A stretch of 64,000 nucleotides of DNA from an uncultured delta proteobacterium (GCA_963709485.1 CAVPWE010000001.1:11810-75809), one strand, 5' to 3'. Positions 9,096 through 19,072 are shown, numbered from the stretch's first letter. Notes: generated from the letters alone by a model not told the origin. Program-made: numbers and translations.

Positions 9096-9524
9096 TCATT
9101 CAACCTTGAAATCTTTTGCGGCAACCTTCAATGCCTCGTTTTTATCATAGGCAAGCGCCATTGAACTGTGAAGACCCTTTTCCAGGGGTATCTTTTCCAC
9201 TACCCGCCACCCCGATTTCAGCCAGCGCTCGTTTTTATACATAACGGACACGTCCGACCTGTCGGTGTAATATTTCGCTTCACCAACCGCTTTTCCGTCA
9301 ACATAAACAATGATCTTCTTGAGGGGCGCCCCGTCCTCTTTATCGGCAGCCCAACCGATCCCCGTAAATACGCCCTTGTCGTATGTCACGACATCGTAGA
9401 AGCACACAGGGGCAACATTGGGTGTGTCAAAATTTCTAGCGTAATCCTTTTCCTCGGAACAGGCGCTGATCAGTATTGCCAAACCTGCAAATCCAATTGC
9501 GATCAGCCTTGCGGCGCATTTCAT
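9096..9524 (-). CDS. Hypothetical lipoprotein
   Basis: Signal peptide with lipobox LISAC. It lies in AT-richer DNA. Confidence 0.55.
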   Translation of the reverse strand: MKCAARLIAIGFAGLAILISACSEEKDYARNFDTPNVAPVCFYDVVTYDKGVFTGIGWAADKEDGAPLKKIIVYVDGKAVGEAKYYTDRSDVSVMYKNERWLKSGWRVVEKIPLEKGLHSSMALAYDKNEALKVAAKDFKVE

Positions 9525-9599
9525 ATCAAACCTCCAGTGTCTTTTTTTATCCCGCGCTTAGCTATACAGAACAGCCCTGTATGTCAATAAGATTTTTAT

Positions 9600-9938
9600 C
9601 TATTTTTCCAATATCTCAAGGATAAAAGAATCTCTCTCTTCAGGGTAAAGTATGATTTTGTCTCCCTTGAAAATATGGATTTCAGCAAGCGCATCAACCA
9701 GTCTTTTCTTCTCTCTTTTCAGACCCTCTTTATACAGCACCGATGACAGCCATACATCACCTTTCCCAGTTTCATGGACACCAGCTTTATATGTTTCATT
9801 TCCAATATTTAGATAGATCTTTTTCTTCTCTCCATGCTGGTGAGGAAGTGATGCCGATGTTTCCCTGGAGATGATTATTTGACACATATCCTTTCCGTCA
9901 GCATAAACACCCTGGCTTGTTACAGTGCCTCTTATCAT
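9600..9938 (-). CDS. Hypothetical protein
   Basis: 112-aa ORF with GAGGAGG 6 nt upstream of its ATG. I recognise no family. Confidence 0.5.
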   Translation of the reverse strand: MIRGTVTSQGVYADGKDMCQIIISRETSASLPHQHGEKKKIYLNIGNETYKAGVHETGKGDVWLSSVLYKEGLKREKKRLVDALAEIHIFKGDKIILYPEERDSFILEILEK

Positions 9939-10442
9939 GGCGCTACCTCCTCATCTTTTTTTCAATGCAAAACCCCGCTCTCTTTTTGAGAAACGGGGTT
10001 TCAATCATCTCTTCATGGCATCACCCTTATAAAAAAGGTACTGATTGGTTGTTTGCCTTTTGAGGACGCCCTGTTTGCATATGATCCTTTTTTTGTGCCG
10101 AAATCTCTAAAAAGTCAATAAACAAATTTCATTGCTGATCATTTACAAGGGTGGGCGGCCATCGAAAAAAACAGCCTTTCTGATTTCAGTATGTTACAAA
10201 GTCATTTGAAAAAGCCCCCATGCCAGATGAAAAAAAAGGGCTTTTCCGGTTAAATTGCCATCGTGATTTATTTTGTTTCTCAAAAAAAGCAAGGGCGGAG
10301 TCAGTGACTCTCTCTGCCGGCCCCTCGTATTATCCCCCGTGTATGAGGGGCTTTGATATTCTGATTAAGGAATATAGTAGGGTCTTTCAGCGGGTTAAAA
10401 AGAAAAACGCCAATATCCGGGAAAGGCCCCTTCCATTGGCAT

Positions 10443-10459
10443 TGTCGGAATCCTTTACA
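10443..10459 (+). promoter_or_regulatory. TGT-N11-ACA enhancer-like element (copy 1)
   Basis: TGTCGGAATCCTTTACA, one mismatch to the window consensus TGTCGGAWTTCTTTACA. Confidence 0.6.
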
Positions 10460-10631
10460 ACTTTGAAAACGCCTTAAATCATAAAACTTCTTGTATGATA
10501 ATTGTTAAACAATCATGCCATAAATTTCAAGTATTTGTATTTTTTGCATAATTGTCTTATGTCATGATTGTCAGGATGGTTTGTCATCCCTGTAACATAA
10601 TAAAATGAGAGCCATTTTGCCAATAAATCAG

Positions 10632-10648
10632 TGTCGGAATTCTTTACA
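10632..10648 (+). promoter_or_regulatory. TGT-N11-ACA enhancer-like element (copy 2)
   Basis: TGTCGGAATTCTTTACA, an exact consensus match. The element ends 62 nt before the -24/-12 element at 10711. Confidence 0.65.
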
Positions 10649-10710
10649 GGTTTGTTTTTTCATATCTCCATGCAAATCACAAACTTTGTGATTTCAAGTA
10701 TATGCCGGAT

Positions 10711-10726
10711 TGGCATTGTTTGTGCT
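10711..10726 (+). promoter_or_regulatory. Sigma-54 (-24/-12) promoter
   Basis: TGGCAT-TGTTT-GTGCT with GG and GC in canonical GG-N10-GC spacing, about 120 nt upstream of the ATG at 10846. Confidence 0.6.
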
Positions 10727-10845
10727 TTATGTAACACGCGAATAGTATTACCGATTCTTTTTCAAGTCATTTCTCATCATGGGTTCAACTTTTTTGCCGG
10801 AGCACAGAAAAGTGAATATTCTATAGATTCTCGGGGGCAAACGAC

Positions 10846-11340
10846 ATGGCGAAGGACATCACCGTCTGCTTTCAAACCACTTCAGAAACTGCCAACGCTT
10901 TGGAGAAGATCGCAAGGGAGGGCGATCAGAGCATCTCAACAATGGTTGAATCCATCGTCCAGCATTATCTCAGGGAAAACGGGGAGTGTAAGGGCCTCCA
11001 TCAGGGCCGCCGCTGTATGGAACGGAAGAAGGTCCGTATTCCGGCCTTCATTGGCGACCCGCGATGGCAACGGAAGGATTTTGAAAGGTGCAATATCCTC
11101 GACATCTCCTTCAGCGGGATTCAGGTAACCGTTCCGAAGGGGACGAAGATTGAATTTCAGAGCGACGGGAATCCCCGGGAGATCAGGGTCATCTTCTCTT
11201 TGGAAGATTGTCCCTGGCCTGTCCATTTGAAATGCCAACCCAGGCGGTCATCTATATTGGAGGAGGAAGTCCGGATCGGGGCAAGTTTCGTTGACCCCGA
11301 CTTCTACACATACACAACTTTGCAGAGGCATCTGATCTGA
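10846..11340 (+). CDS. Ribbon-helix-helix (CopG-like) / PilZ-domain fusion protein
   Basis: The N-terminus (ITVCF strand plus two helices) looks RHH-like. The C-terminus carries the PilZ c-di-GMP motifs RKKVR (RxxxR) and DISFSG (DxSxxG). Confidence 0.65.
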   Translation: MAKDITVCFQTTSETANALEKIAREGDQSISTMVESIVQHYLRENGECKGLHQGRRCMERKKVRIPAFIGDPRWQRKDFERCNILDISFSGIQVTVPKGTKIEFQSDGNPREIRVIFSLEDCPWPVHLKCQPRRSSILEEEVRIGASFVDPDFYTYTTLQRHLI

Positions 11341-11375
11341 CATTAAACGCCTTTTCTTAATGCGGGAGGGAAAAA

Positions 11376-11405
11376 GCAGGGTCGGAAATGGCCCTGCTTT
11401 TTTGT
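11376..11405. terminator. Bidirectional rho-independent terminator between convergent genes
   Basis: GCAGGG (11376-11381) pairs with CCCTGC (11392-11397). It is flanked by an A5 tract upstream and a T6 tract downstream. Confidence 0.7.
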
Positions 11406-11415
11406 CAGATTCGCC

Positions 11416-11808
11416 CTACTTTGATTCCCTTGGATCCAATGGTGAGGGAAGACACATTAAAGTATCGGTTCGCCTTGTCCCGGCAGTCTTATCATCACTG
11501 CCCTTAAAATGAATAATCAATAAGTCCGGTTTTCTTGCATCTACTTTTTCAACAGCCTTTGCCTCGGGATTGCTCCAGACGATTTTTCTTTGTTTCCATG
11601 TTTGCTCCAGTCCCTGTGTGCATTGTTTATATGCAGGAAAGGCATTTATGATTTCCCAGTTTCTGCTTTCTTTCGGGACGCCACCTTTTTCAAAAGAAAG
11701 CAATTCGTTTTTTGACCACAACACCCATGCCTCCGACCTTGCAGTGGCGGGCGCAAAAATGATTGTTAAAACCATAATGCATAATAAGAAAATCAGTCTC
11801 GAATACAT
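11416..11808 (-). CDS. Hypothetical secreted protein
   Basis: 130 aa with an N-terminal signal peptide (cleavage near ARSEA) and GGAGG 9 nt upstream of the ATG. Confidence 0.5.
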   Translation of the reverse strand: MYSRLIFLLCIMVLTIIFAPATARSEAWVLWSKNELLSFEKGGVPKESRNWEIINAFPAYKQCTQGLEQTWKQRKIVWSNPEAKAVEKVDARKPDLLIIHFKGSDDKTAGTRRTDTLMCLPSPLDPRESK

Positions 11809-11873
11809 TTTTCGGGCCTCCGTTTGAAAAAACAGCTGTACCGGTAAGATGACATAACCAGTTGGTTTATAAT

Positions 11874-11949
11874 TGGCGTCCCCACGGGGAGTCGAACCCC
11901 GGTTACAGGCGTGAAAGGCCCGTGTCCTAGGCCACTAGACGATGGGGAC
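11874..11949 (-). tRNA. tRNA-Glu (anticodon UUC)
   Basis: The reverse complement reads GTCCCCATCGTCTAGTGGCCTAGGACACGGGCCTTTCACGCCTGTAACCGGGGTTCGACTCCCCGTGGGGACGCCA. It has a cloverleaf, a CTTTCAC anticodon loop and an encoded CCA end. Confidence 0.95.
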
Positions 11950-12042
11950 GCAATCGAGACAGAAGGGCTGGTCAGCGTGGAAGACGGCTTATATCCTTTT
12001 GCCGCGTGCAGATGTCAAGAAGCAATTGAGCAAAATATGCGC

Positions 12043-14118
12043 TCATTCGAAAATCACCGGCTCCCGCAAAATGGTTTCCCGGGCTTTCATCGCAAGCTCC
12101 GCGATGTCCGGATGCGTTTCTTTCAGGGAGGTGAGCTGGCGCAGGTTGTCGGCTGTCCTGAGAACCAGCATGGCCATGTCGCCGTCGACGATGCCGGCAC
12201 GCTGCACGATCTCGTCCCAGTCGCCGCCCTTCGCCCATTCATACATGACCATGCTGGTCCACAGGTAGCGGTCGGAGACGGAAAAGCCGGCCTCCTCCAT
12301 CCGCTTCGACAGGGGAGACAGCGTTGAAACGACCCGGCGGCATGCGAGCCCCAGCTTCCTCGGCATTTTCTTGAGATCGACCCGGCTTTCCTGGTCTCCG
12401 TCATAGACGAAAGGCGCTACCACGGCCGCCAGCAGCCTTTCATCCCGCCGCGGGAAGGCGTCGCGCCGCAGGCATTCGGCAATGAGAAGGGGCTGGTCCA
12501 GCCTCAGCTTCGATGCCCAGAGTCCCGTGTCGGTCAGGCGGTCGCTTTCGTCCACAAACCCCTCCGCTCTCAGGAAATCCAGATGGATGAGAAAATTATC
12601 CCACAGATCCGAGCCCTTTTTCCCGAGTGCAAGCGAGGTTCCCCGCTGCTTCCGCTGGTAGCTCGCCAGGGATTTCGCGAAGATATCCCGGATGTCGTCC
12701 GGGGTCTGCGACAGCAGGAGGTTCAGAATCATGGAAAAATCGTTGCGGATCCGGCTGAAGATGTCTTCCGGCTCCAGGAACAGGAGTTTCCGGATATGGG
12801 CAATATCCATGAAGCGGCCCGGTACGATCATGAGAAAGCCGATGCGGTCCTGGCCGCGCCGCCCGGCCCGCCCGGTCATCTGGTGAAATTCCGTTCCCCG
12901 CAGGGGGCTGAATTCATGTCCGTTGAACTGGTCTGAATTGAACAGGACGATCGTGCGGGCGGGAAAGTTGACGCCCGCGGCGACGGTGGAGGTGGCGAAG
13001 ATGGCGTCCAGGTGCCCCTTTTTCATCATCGTTTCCACGAGAAATTTCCAGGCCGGGAGCTGTCCGCCGTGGTGGGCGGCGACCCGGGCTTGCCGAAGAT
13101 GGTGGAGCTGCCTGTGGTTTTCCAGGTAGGGGGAGCGGCTGAGGACTTCTTCCAGGTCGTAGCCGAAGGCGTCGTCTTCGTCCCGGCCGGAACCGCCGAG
13201 GCAGGTCTTGAGGGCGGTATCGCATTCGGATCGCGATTTGAGGAAAAAAATGGCCGGCAGGAGCCGGAACCGGTCGAGCACGCGGACGATGTCTCCGAAA
13301 TGGGGTGGCGCTCCGCGGCGCTGCCGGTTTTGGGTTTTGTCTTCCTGAAACTGCGTGATCCGCCCGTAGATCCTGTTTTTCTCCAGGCAGGGCATGATCC
13401 GGCCGGAAGGGTGCAAAAACAGCGGATAAAGGGGGACAGGCCTTTTTTCCTCCCGGATGACGGCGCAGGTTTTCCCGCGGATCGAACGCAGCCAGCCTGC
13501 AATCTCCGCGGCGTTGCCGATGGTCGCCGACAGAAGCAGAACATTGATGCGGACCGGCAGATAGATCAGGATTTCCTCCCAGACGACGCCCCGGTCCGGG
13601 TCCCCCAGGAAATGGGCTTCATCCAGGATCACCAGGTCGCACTCCATGTTTTCGCCGCGGTGCATCACATCGTAGAGCTGATTTCTCAGGATTTCCGTGG
13701 TGCCGACGATGATCGGGGCATCGGCGTTCTCCTTGGTGTCGCCCGTCAGAATGCCGACCTCGCCGTCTCCGAAGACATGCCGGAATTCGACCCACTTGGC
13801 GTTGGAGAGGGCCTTGAGGGGAGAGGCGTACCAGCATCGCCCGCCTCTGCCGAAAAAGGACCGGATCGCCTCCTGCGCGATCCAGGTTTTTCCGGACCCT
13901 GTCGGGGCCACGACCAGGCAGTCCGCTTCCTGAATCGTCCGCAGGGCCTCGATCTGAAAGGGGTCGGGAACAAATGGCGCATCAGCGGGCTTCCCGATCC
14001 TTGCGAAAACACCTTTCAGGATCGGTTCCGCATCCGCCCTCATGCGGGGAAGATCATGGTGCCTGTGAACCTTCTGATGCCTTCGTTTCGGGGCGCTGCG
14101 GGGGTAGTTGTGCTGCAT
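12043..14118 (-). CDS. DEAD/DEAH-box superfamily 2 helicase, Ski2/HelY-like
   Basis: Walker A APTGSGKT, motif II ILDEAHF, SAT, and HHGGQLP...VATSTVAAGVNFPAR with a long C-terminal extension. Confidence 0.8.
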   Translation of the reverse strand: MQHNYPRSAPKRRHQKVHRHHDLPRMRADAEPILKGVFARIGKPADAPFVPDPFQIEALRTIQEADCLVVAPTGSGKTWIAQEAIRSFFGRGGRCWYASPLKALSNAKWVEFRHVFGDGEVGILTGDTKENADAPIIVGTTEILRNQLYDVMHRGENMECDLVILDEAHFLGDPDRGVVWEEILIYLPVRINVLLLSATIGNAAEIAGWLRSIRGKTCAVIREEKRPVPLYPLFLHPSGRIMPCLEKNRIYGRITQFQEDKTQNRQRRGAPPHFGDIVRVLDRFRLLPAIFFLKSRSECDTALKTCLGGSGRDEDDAFGYDLEEVLSRSPYLENHRQLHHLRQARVAAHHGGQLPAWKFLVETMMKKGHLDAIFATSTVAAGVNFPARTIVLFNSDQFNGHEFSPLRGTEFHQMTGRAGRRGQDRIGFLMIVPGRFMDIAHIRKLLFLEPEDIFSRIRNDFSMILNLLLSQTPDDIRDIFAKSLASYQRKQRGTSLALGKKGSDLWDNFLIHLDFLRAEGFVDESDRLTDTGLWASKLRLDQPLLIAECLRRDAFPRRDERLLAAVVAPFVYDGDQESRVDLKKMPRKLGLACRRVVSTLSPLSKRMEEAGFSVSDRYLWTSMVMYEWAKGGDWDEIVQRAGIVDGDMAMLVLRTADNLRQLTSLKETHPDIAELAMKARETILREPVIFE

Positions 14119-14134
14119 TCAGCCTTCTCCGGGA

Positions 14135-14683
14135 TCAGCAGCCCGCATCGGCCGGGTCGGGGGGTATGAGCCTTGAAAGGCAGGAGGACAGGGATCCGGA
14201 GAGCCGCTCGAGCAGGCTCGTGTCAAGGTCCGGTTCGTAGCGCGTGTGGGACGCATCCCCGTGATTGATGCTGCCGATGATGCGCCCGTTCAGCGCGATC
14301 GGGACCACGGCAATGGATTTGATGAAATATTTCTTTTCTTTTGGGAAAAGCCGGTAAAAGGGCCGCAGGTCTCGGTTTGCCAGGACCGGTTTCACATCGG
14401 CAGCCAGACCGAGGAATACCGCCTCGTCGATGAGGTTCAGGTGATCCTTCAGCAGGGCGGATGATTCCAGCAACCGGATCAGATGGCTCGTTTCCGGCCG
14501 CCGGATGATGGATATCCAGACGAAGGGGATTGAAAATTCGACGCGTAGCCGGGGCACCAGTTTTTCGAACAGGTCCCCTGCGTCGGTGAATGAGGCCAGG
14601 GATTGCTCGATTGCGTAAAATTTTTCGGCAATCTCATTGTTTTTCCGAATGGTTTCGGCAATCTCGTCCATATGGGGGCTCAC
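14135..14683 (-). CDS. DUF484-family (GAF-like) protein
   Basis: The length and the N-terminal coiled segment followed by a GAF-like fold ([20 protein letters not shown]) fit DUF484. It overlaps xth by 4 nt. Confidence 0.55.
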   Translation of the reverse strand: MSPHMDEIAETIRKNNEIAEKFYAIEQSLASFTDAGDLFEKLVPRLRVEFSIPFVWISIIRRPETSHLIRLLESSALLKDHLNLIDEAVFLGLAADVKPVLANRDLRPFYRLFPKEKKYFIKSIAVVPIALNGRIIGSINHGDASHTRYEPDLDTSLLERLSGSLSSCLSRLIPPDPADAGC

Positions 14684-15468
14684 GGCCTGAACTCGGCGAC
14701 CAGAATGGTGTGGTCGGATGGCTTTTCCGAGTTCCGGGGCTGCATGTCGATGCGGCAGCCGATGGATTTTTCAGCCAGCGGCGCCGTGGCCAGGATGTGG
14801 TCGATGCGCCATCCCAGTCCGCGCTTTACCGAGTTCGGCACCCGGTAATCGAAAAAGGTGTAATTTTTCGCCTCCCCGGGGTGATGCTTGCGAAAGATGT
14901 CCGTCAGCCCCCAGGATTTGACGCCTGCAAACGCCTCCCACACCTCCGGCGTGAAGCAGACATGCCCGAGCAACCGGTTCGGGTCGTGGACATCAATGTC
15001 TTCCGGAGCGACGTTCAGGTCGCCGAGCCACATCAGCGGCCTGTCTGGAGAACCATGCTTCTCCAGAAAATTCCGGAAGCGGCTGAACCACTGAAGCTTA
15101 TAGGCGAATTGCGGCAGTTCCCGGTCTCGGCCCTGCGGGACGTAGCTGTTCAGCAGTGTGATTCCCGACAGATCGACCAGGATCAGACGGTCTGCGTCAT
15201 CCGGACCTTCCCCGTCGCTCAGGCCGAAGGAAACCCGTTCCGGCTTCCGCAGCGAGGCCACGGCAACACCGTTGTACTGTTTTTCTCCCTTGAAGACGAC
15301 GTGGTAACCAACGTCCTCGAATTCAGCGGCGGGGAACCGGGCGTCATTGACCTTGGTTTCCTGCATGCACAGAACGTCGGGTCGGTTTTCCTTGAGCCAG
15401 GGGATGATGATGTGAAGGCGCGAGCGGATGGAGTTCACATTGTAAGTCGCGGCCTTGAATGTGTTCAT
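14680..15468 (-). CDS. xth: Exodeoxyribonuclease III
   Basis: [34 protein letters not shown] and SDHTIL are ExoIII/AP-endonuclease signatures. Confidence 0.9.
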   Translation of the reverse strand: MNTFKAATYNVNSIRSRLHIIIPWLKENRPDVLCMQETKVNDARFPAAEFEDVGYHVVFKGEKQYNGVAVASLRKPERVSFGLSDGEGPDDADRLILVDLSGITLLNSYVPQGRDRELPQFAYKLQWFSRFRNFLEKHGSPDRPLMWLGDLNVAPEDIDVHDPNRLLGHVCFTPEVWEAFAGVKSWGLTDIFRKHHPGEAKNYTFFDYRVPNSVKRGLGWRIDHILATAPLAEKSIGCRIDMQPRNSEKPSDHTILVAEFRP

Positions 15469-15602
15469 GCCTCGTTTCCTGCCTGTCTCGTCATTTCCGG
15501 ATTCCGCGGTTTACGGGTCTGTATCCTCGGGAGCCCTTTCGCCACGATCCCTGAATAGCACGATCATATCGGATATTCAATTGTTTTTGTCCCGTCAGAA
15601 GA

Positions 15603-17018
15603 TCATCCGCGCTTCCGCTTGTCGCTTTTTTCAAGGAGAAATGCCACGATCCGGCTGTAATGTTTTTTCAGAATCTTTTTTGAGCGGAAAAGGGCCATGT
15701 GCCCGCCTTCGCAGGTCATGGCCAGTTTGTCTTCCGGCGCCACGGAATCAAGCAGGTCCATGTGACCGGTGGCCTGCCCGGGCGGGCAAATCTGGTCCAC
15801 AGTCCCGCCCAGCGCCCAGATCGGAACAGAGGCGGGATAGTCCTTGATGCCGATTTTTCTTCCGCCGATTTCCAGGGTTCCCCGGATCAGTTCGTTGCCG
15901 ATGAAGATCTTTTTGTAGGTGTCCCGGATGAAGCTGACGGGAAAATGAAGGACGTAATTATACCACTGGTAAAAGACCTTCTGACGCGCGGCGGCCTCCT
16001 GGTTGCCGTGCCTCAAATCCGACAGCAGGTTGTTGAAATTGGCAAGGTGCTGGTCCATGCCCAGCAGGTAGAATCCGAGAACGTGAATGCGGCCGTCGAA
16101 GCATTTCCTGCCCACGCCGACATGCTCGTCCGAGACGGTGTGGCAAAACAGGGAGATCAGTTTGTCGATGTAATCCGCTCCCATGACCCTGGCAAAATCG
16201 GTCAGGTAGCCGTGTTCGGCCTCCGTGTGCATGGGCGATCCCGCTGAGCCGAAGGTCTTTCCCAGCTCCGGATGCAGGATGAGGGTCATCATCAGGAGCG
16301 GTCCGGGCTGGCAGATTGCCACCAGGTGGGCGGGACGGCCGGTCAGTTCTCTGACATGCTCCAGGACCTGCCGGTACTGTTCGATCTGGTTTTCAAAATC
16401 CTCATGGTGCCTCTTCCCATCGACGAAAAGAGGAATGTCTTCGGCGCATTTTTGCTCCACCACCGCCATCCGGGTCAGGCCGTGGTCCCGCATATAGATT
16501 GCCGTCTGCTCCGCAATGTTGGAGTGGTGCCCGGCGCGGGGGGCAAAAACGACGGTATAGTTCTGAACCTGATGCGGGGCCTTGGCAGAGATGTCGATCA
16601 GCCTGAGGCTCGGCAGATCGAGCAGCAAGTTCCGGGATTCGTTCCGGATCGTCCAGTCCTGGCAGGGCTGCTCCTCCGTGAAGAGCCTGATGAATTCGAG
16701 TTCGCCCTGACGCTCCTGGTGAAAACGGTCAAAATGTTCGGTAATGCTGTCTTTCGTATGTTTCAGCAATCTGTCCGAACCTTCCTGGCAGAGGTCCAGG
16801 AATTTGGAAACGGTATTTTGCGAAAATGGACCGCCCCACGGCAGGAAATGGTGCGTGGTGTTCCATCCCGCGTCGCTAAAGTTTTTCATCATTTCGATTT
16901 CATAGGAGATTAACTGGTCGCCGAGCTCGACAAGGGTGTCGGTGGCTTTGACGGGGACCTTGATTAGTTCCATTCCGCTCAATATCGGCGTAATGGCGCT
17001 CATGAATGATGCGGGCAT
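15603..17018 (-). CDS. Alpha/beta hydrolase, intracellular polyhydroxyalkanoate depolymerase (PhaZ)-like
   Basis: VAICQPGPLL resembles the AVCQP nucleophile box of PhaZ-type PHB depolymerases, and the C-terminal GGHMALF fits as well. Assignment is from memory of these motifs. Confidence 0.5.
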   Translation of the reverse strand: MPASFMSAITPILSGMELIKVPVKATDTLVELGDQLISYEIEMMKNFSDAGWNTTHHFLPWGGPFSQNTVSKFLDLCQEGSDRLLKHTKDSITEHFDRFHQERQGELEFIRLFTEEQPCQDWTIRNESRNLLLDLPSLRLIDISAKAPHQVQNYTVVFAPRAGHHSNIAEQTAIYMRDHGLTRMAVVEQKCAEDIPLFVDGKRHHEDFENQIEQYRQVLEHVRELTGRPAHLVAICQPGPLLMMTLILHPELGKTFGSAGSPMHTEAEHGYLTDFARVMGADYIDKLISLFCHTVSDEHVGVGRKCFDGRIHVLGFYLLGMDQHLANFNNLLSDLRHGNQEAAARQKVFYQWYNYVLHFPVSFIRDTYKKIFIGNELIRGTLEIGGRKIGIKDYPASVPIWALGGTVDQICPPGQATGHMDLLDSVAPEDKLAMTCEGGHMALFRSKKILKKHYSRIVAFLLEKSDKRKRG

Positions 17019-17254
17019 AAAGTGATCAGTCCTTTCTTGAAAATTCTATTTTACATCTGTTGTTTAGAGTGGCTTATTTATTCCTCTCATGCCCGTTTGT
17101 CAAGGCCCGGAAGGGTGAAAATATCAGAATATCAGCAAATTCAATGTCATGGACCTCTAAGACGCCGGCATTTGTGAAAATGATTGCTTTTTCAATTCAG
17201 TTTATGGCAGATAAACACCGTTTTCCAAATCATTCTCAGGACAAAAAGCCTTCC

Positions 17255-18991
17255 ATGCGGACATTGAATCGCAGGTTCCTCACCGTTGCGGGGATCGGTG
17301 TTGTGATCTCCCTGTTTCTCTTTGCCGGGGTTTTAATGGCGAAAAGTACGCTGGCCCCCCTCACGGCACAGATCGAGAAGCGGTTTGATGCGGCGGAAGC
17401 CGATTCCCGGATGTCCTGCGGAAAGAGTTTCGTTTACGCACCCTCGGCGCTTCTGGAACTTTACCGCGACAGGCATTTTCAGCCTGCCTGGATCGGTGAC
17501 GAGGGTCCCCTGCCCCATGTCGAATCCTTTCTGCGGGCGGTCCGCATGGCCGATCGCGAAGGTCTGAAACCTTCGGATTACCACCTCGATCACACTGCTT
17601 CGCTGGTTTCGGAGTGGCAGAACAGCATCGCAAGGAAAGAGAGATTCCCCCTGCCCCGACGGATCGACCTTGAGCTTCTGCTGACGGATGCCTTTGTCCT
17701 GTACGGGCACCATCTGTTGAACGGACGTGTCGATCCGGAAAAGCTTTATCCGGAATGGCTTGCCTATCAGAAAGATGCCTCTCTTCTCGATATTGTCGCC
17801 GAAGCCATCGAATCCGGCCATGTCGAAGATGCTTTGCAGCGTCTGACCCCGCAGGATCCCCTTTACGAAAATCTGAAAAAAAACCTTTCGGCATATATGC
17901 AATTATCGGGAGAAGGCGGATGGCCCGTCATTCCCCATCCCCGAACTTTGAAAAACAGGAAGGACTATGGCAGGTACTTTTCCCTGTTGCAAAAGCGTCT
18001 TGAATTGTCCGGAGACCTTGAAAAGGCTGAGCATTCCCATCCCCGTTCCCATGACGAATCCCTGAAAAAGGCGCTTCAGAAATTCCAGAAGAGACAGGGA
18101 CTGAAGGCCGACGGGCTCATCAACACGTCAACCCTGAAAGAGCTGAATGTTCCCGTGGAAACGCGGATCAGCCAGATTTCCATCAATATGGAGCGGCTGC
18201 GCTGGCTTCCCGAAGACAACGGGCATCGTCATATTCTCGTGAACATTGCAGATTTTAACCTGGAAGTTCTGGAAGCCGGCCGGGTCGTCATGAACATGCC
18301 CATCGTGGTGGGAAAGCAGAACCAGCGAACAGCGGTTTTCAGCGGTAAAATGACTTATATCGAGCTGAATCCCTACTGGAACATTCCCCAGTCCATAGCC
18401 GTCAAGGAGATTCTGCCCAGCGTCCAAAAGGACCCGGCCTACCTGGACCGCAAGAAAATAAAGGTCATCGAATACTGGCAGCGCCAGGAGCGGCTGGTGA
18501 ATCCGGCCAAGGTCAACTGGTCCCGCCTGAATGAGGATAATCTCAAATACTATTTCCGGCAGGATTACGGCCCGGGCAATGCGCTTGGCCGCGTGAAATT
18601 CATGTTTCCCAATAAATTCGACATTTACCTTCATGACACGCCGGAACGCCATCTTTTCAAGAGAACCAGGCGGACCTTCAGCCACGGCTGCATTCGCATC
18701 GCCAGACCCATCGCCCTGGCCGAGTACCTGCTGAAGGATGATCTGCAGTGGGACCGCCTGAAAATTCTGGCCGAGATCGGAAAGGGGAAAAGACAGATCC
18801 TGAAACTGAAAAAGCCGATCGACGTCCATATTCTCTATCTGACGGCCTGGGCGGATCGTCATGGCGAGGTTCAGTTCCGTCCGGACATCTACGAGGGGGA
18901 TGCCGTGCTGATGCAGGCCATGCTGGAAAAGCCCTCATCGCTCCTGCCCGGGGATCTCGACCCGCAGCGGGAGATTGCCGGTCATCGATAG
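17255..18991 (+). CDS. L,D-transpeptidase (YkuD domain) with a peptidoglycan-binding domain, YcbB-like
   Basis: Active-site motif HDTPERHLF...SHGCIRIARP and an upstream PG-binding-like repeat (LQKFQKRQGLKADGLI). The start is set at the Met preceding the TM anchor. Confidence 0.8.
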   Translation: MRTLNRRFLTVAGIGVVISLFLFAGVLMAKSTLAPLTAQIEKRFDAAEADSRMSCGKSFVYAPSALLELYRDRHFQPAWIGDEGPLPHVESFLRAVRMADREGLKPSDYHLDHTASLVSEWQNSIARKERFPLPRRIDLELLLTDAFVLYGHHLLNGRVDPEKLYPEWLAYQKDASLLDIVAEAIESGHVEDALQRLTPQDPLYENLKKNLSAYMQLSGEGGWPVIPHPRTLKNRKDYGRYFSLLQKRLELSGDLEKAEHSHPRSHDESLKKALQKFQKRQGLKADGLINTSTLKELNVPVETRISQISINMERLRWLPEDNGHRHILVNIADFNLEVLEAGRVVMNMPIVVGKQNQRTAVFSGKMTYIELNPYWNIPQSIAVKEILPSVQKDPAYLDRKKIKVIEYWQRQERLVNPAKVNWSRLNEDNLKYYFRQDYGPGNALGRVKFMFPNKFDIYLHDTPERHLFKRTRRTFSHGCIRIARPIALAEYLLKDDLQWDRLKILAEIGKGKRQILKLKKPIDVHILYLTAWADRHGEVQFRPDIYEGDAVLMQAMLEKPSSLLPGDLDPQREIAGHR

Positions 18992-19043
18992 CATGGCCGG
19001 CCGCGGCACCGAAGGGCGTCAGAGGGGGATAAACCGAATGATG

Positions 19044-19072
19044 TTGTCAATTGTCGTTGAATTGGCTATAGA
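19044..19072 (+). promoter_or_regulatory. Candidate sigma-70 promoter
   Basis: TTGTCA (19044-19049), a 17-nt spacer, then TATAGA (19067-19072). Confidence 0.35.

Noticed and set aside
6795-9983. Shared 15-mer AAAACCCCGCTCTCT in inverted orientation (reverse complement of 6795-6809, and 9969-9983) flanking the protease / DUF3187-like / lipoprotein block. It could be read as terminal inverted repeats.
   Set aside because: - A few 15-nt matches are expected by chance in a 64-kb window when both strands are considered.
- Each copy is simply part of a local GC hairpin.
- There is no transposase and no target-site duplication.
10220-11128. ORFs 10220..10477 and 10631..11128 in the AT-rich leader of the RHH-PilZ gene.
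   Set aside because: - They have no RBS.
- They span the enhancer copies and the -24/-12 promoter.
- The second overlaps the better-supported RHH-PilZ frame.
- Their composition is not protein-like.
11911-12327. Plus-strand ORFs overlapping tRNA-Glu and the 3' end of the helicase gene.
   Set aside because: They start inside the tRNA gene and run antisense to the helicase. They are spurious.
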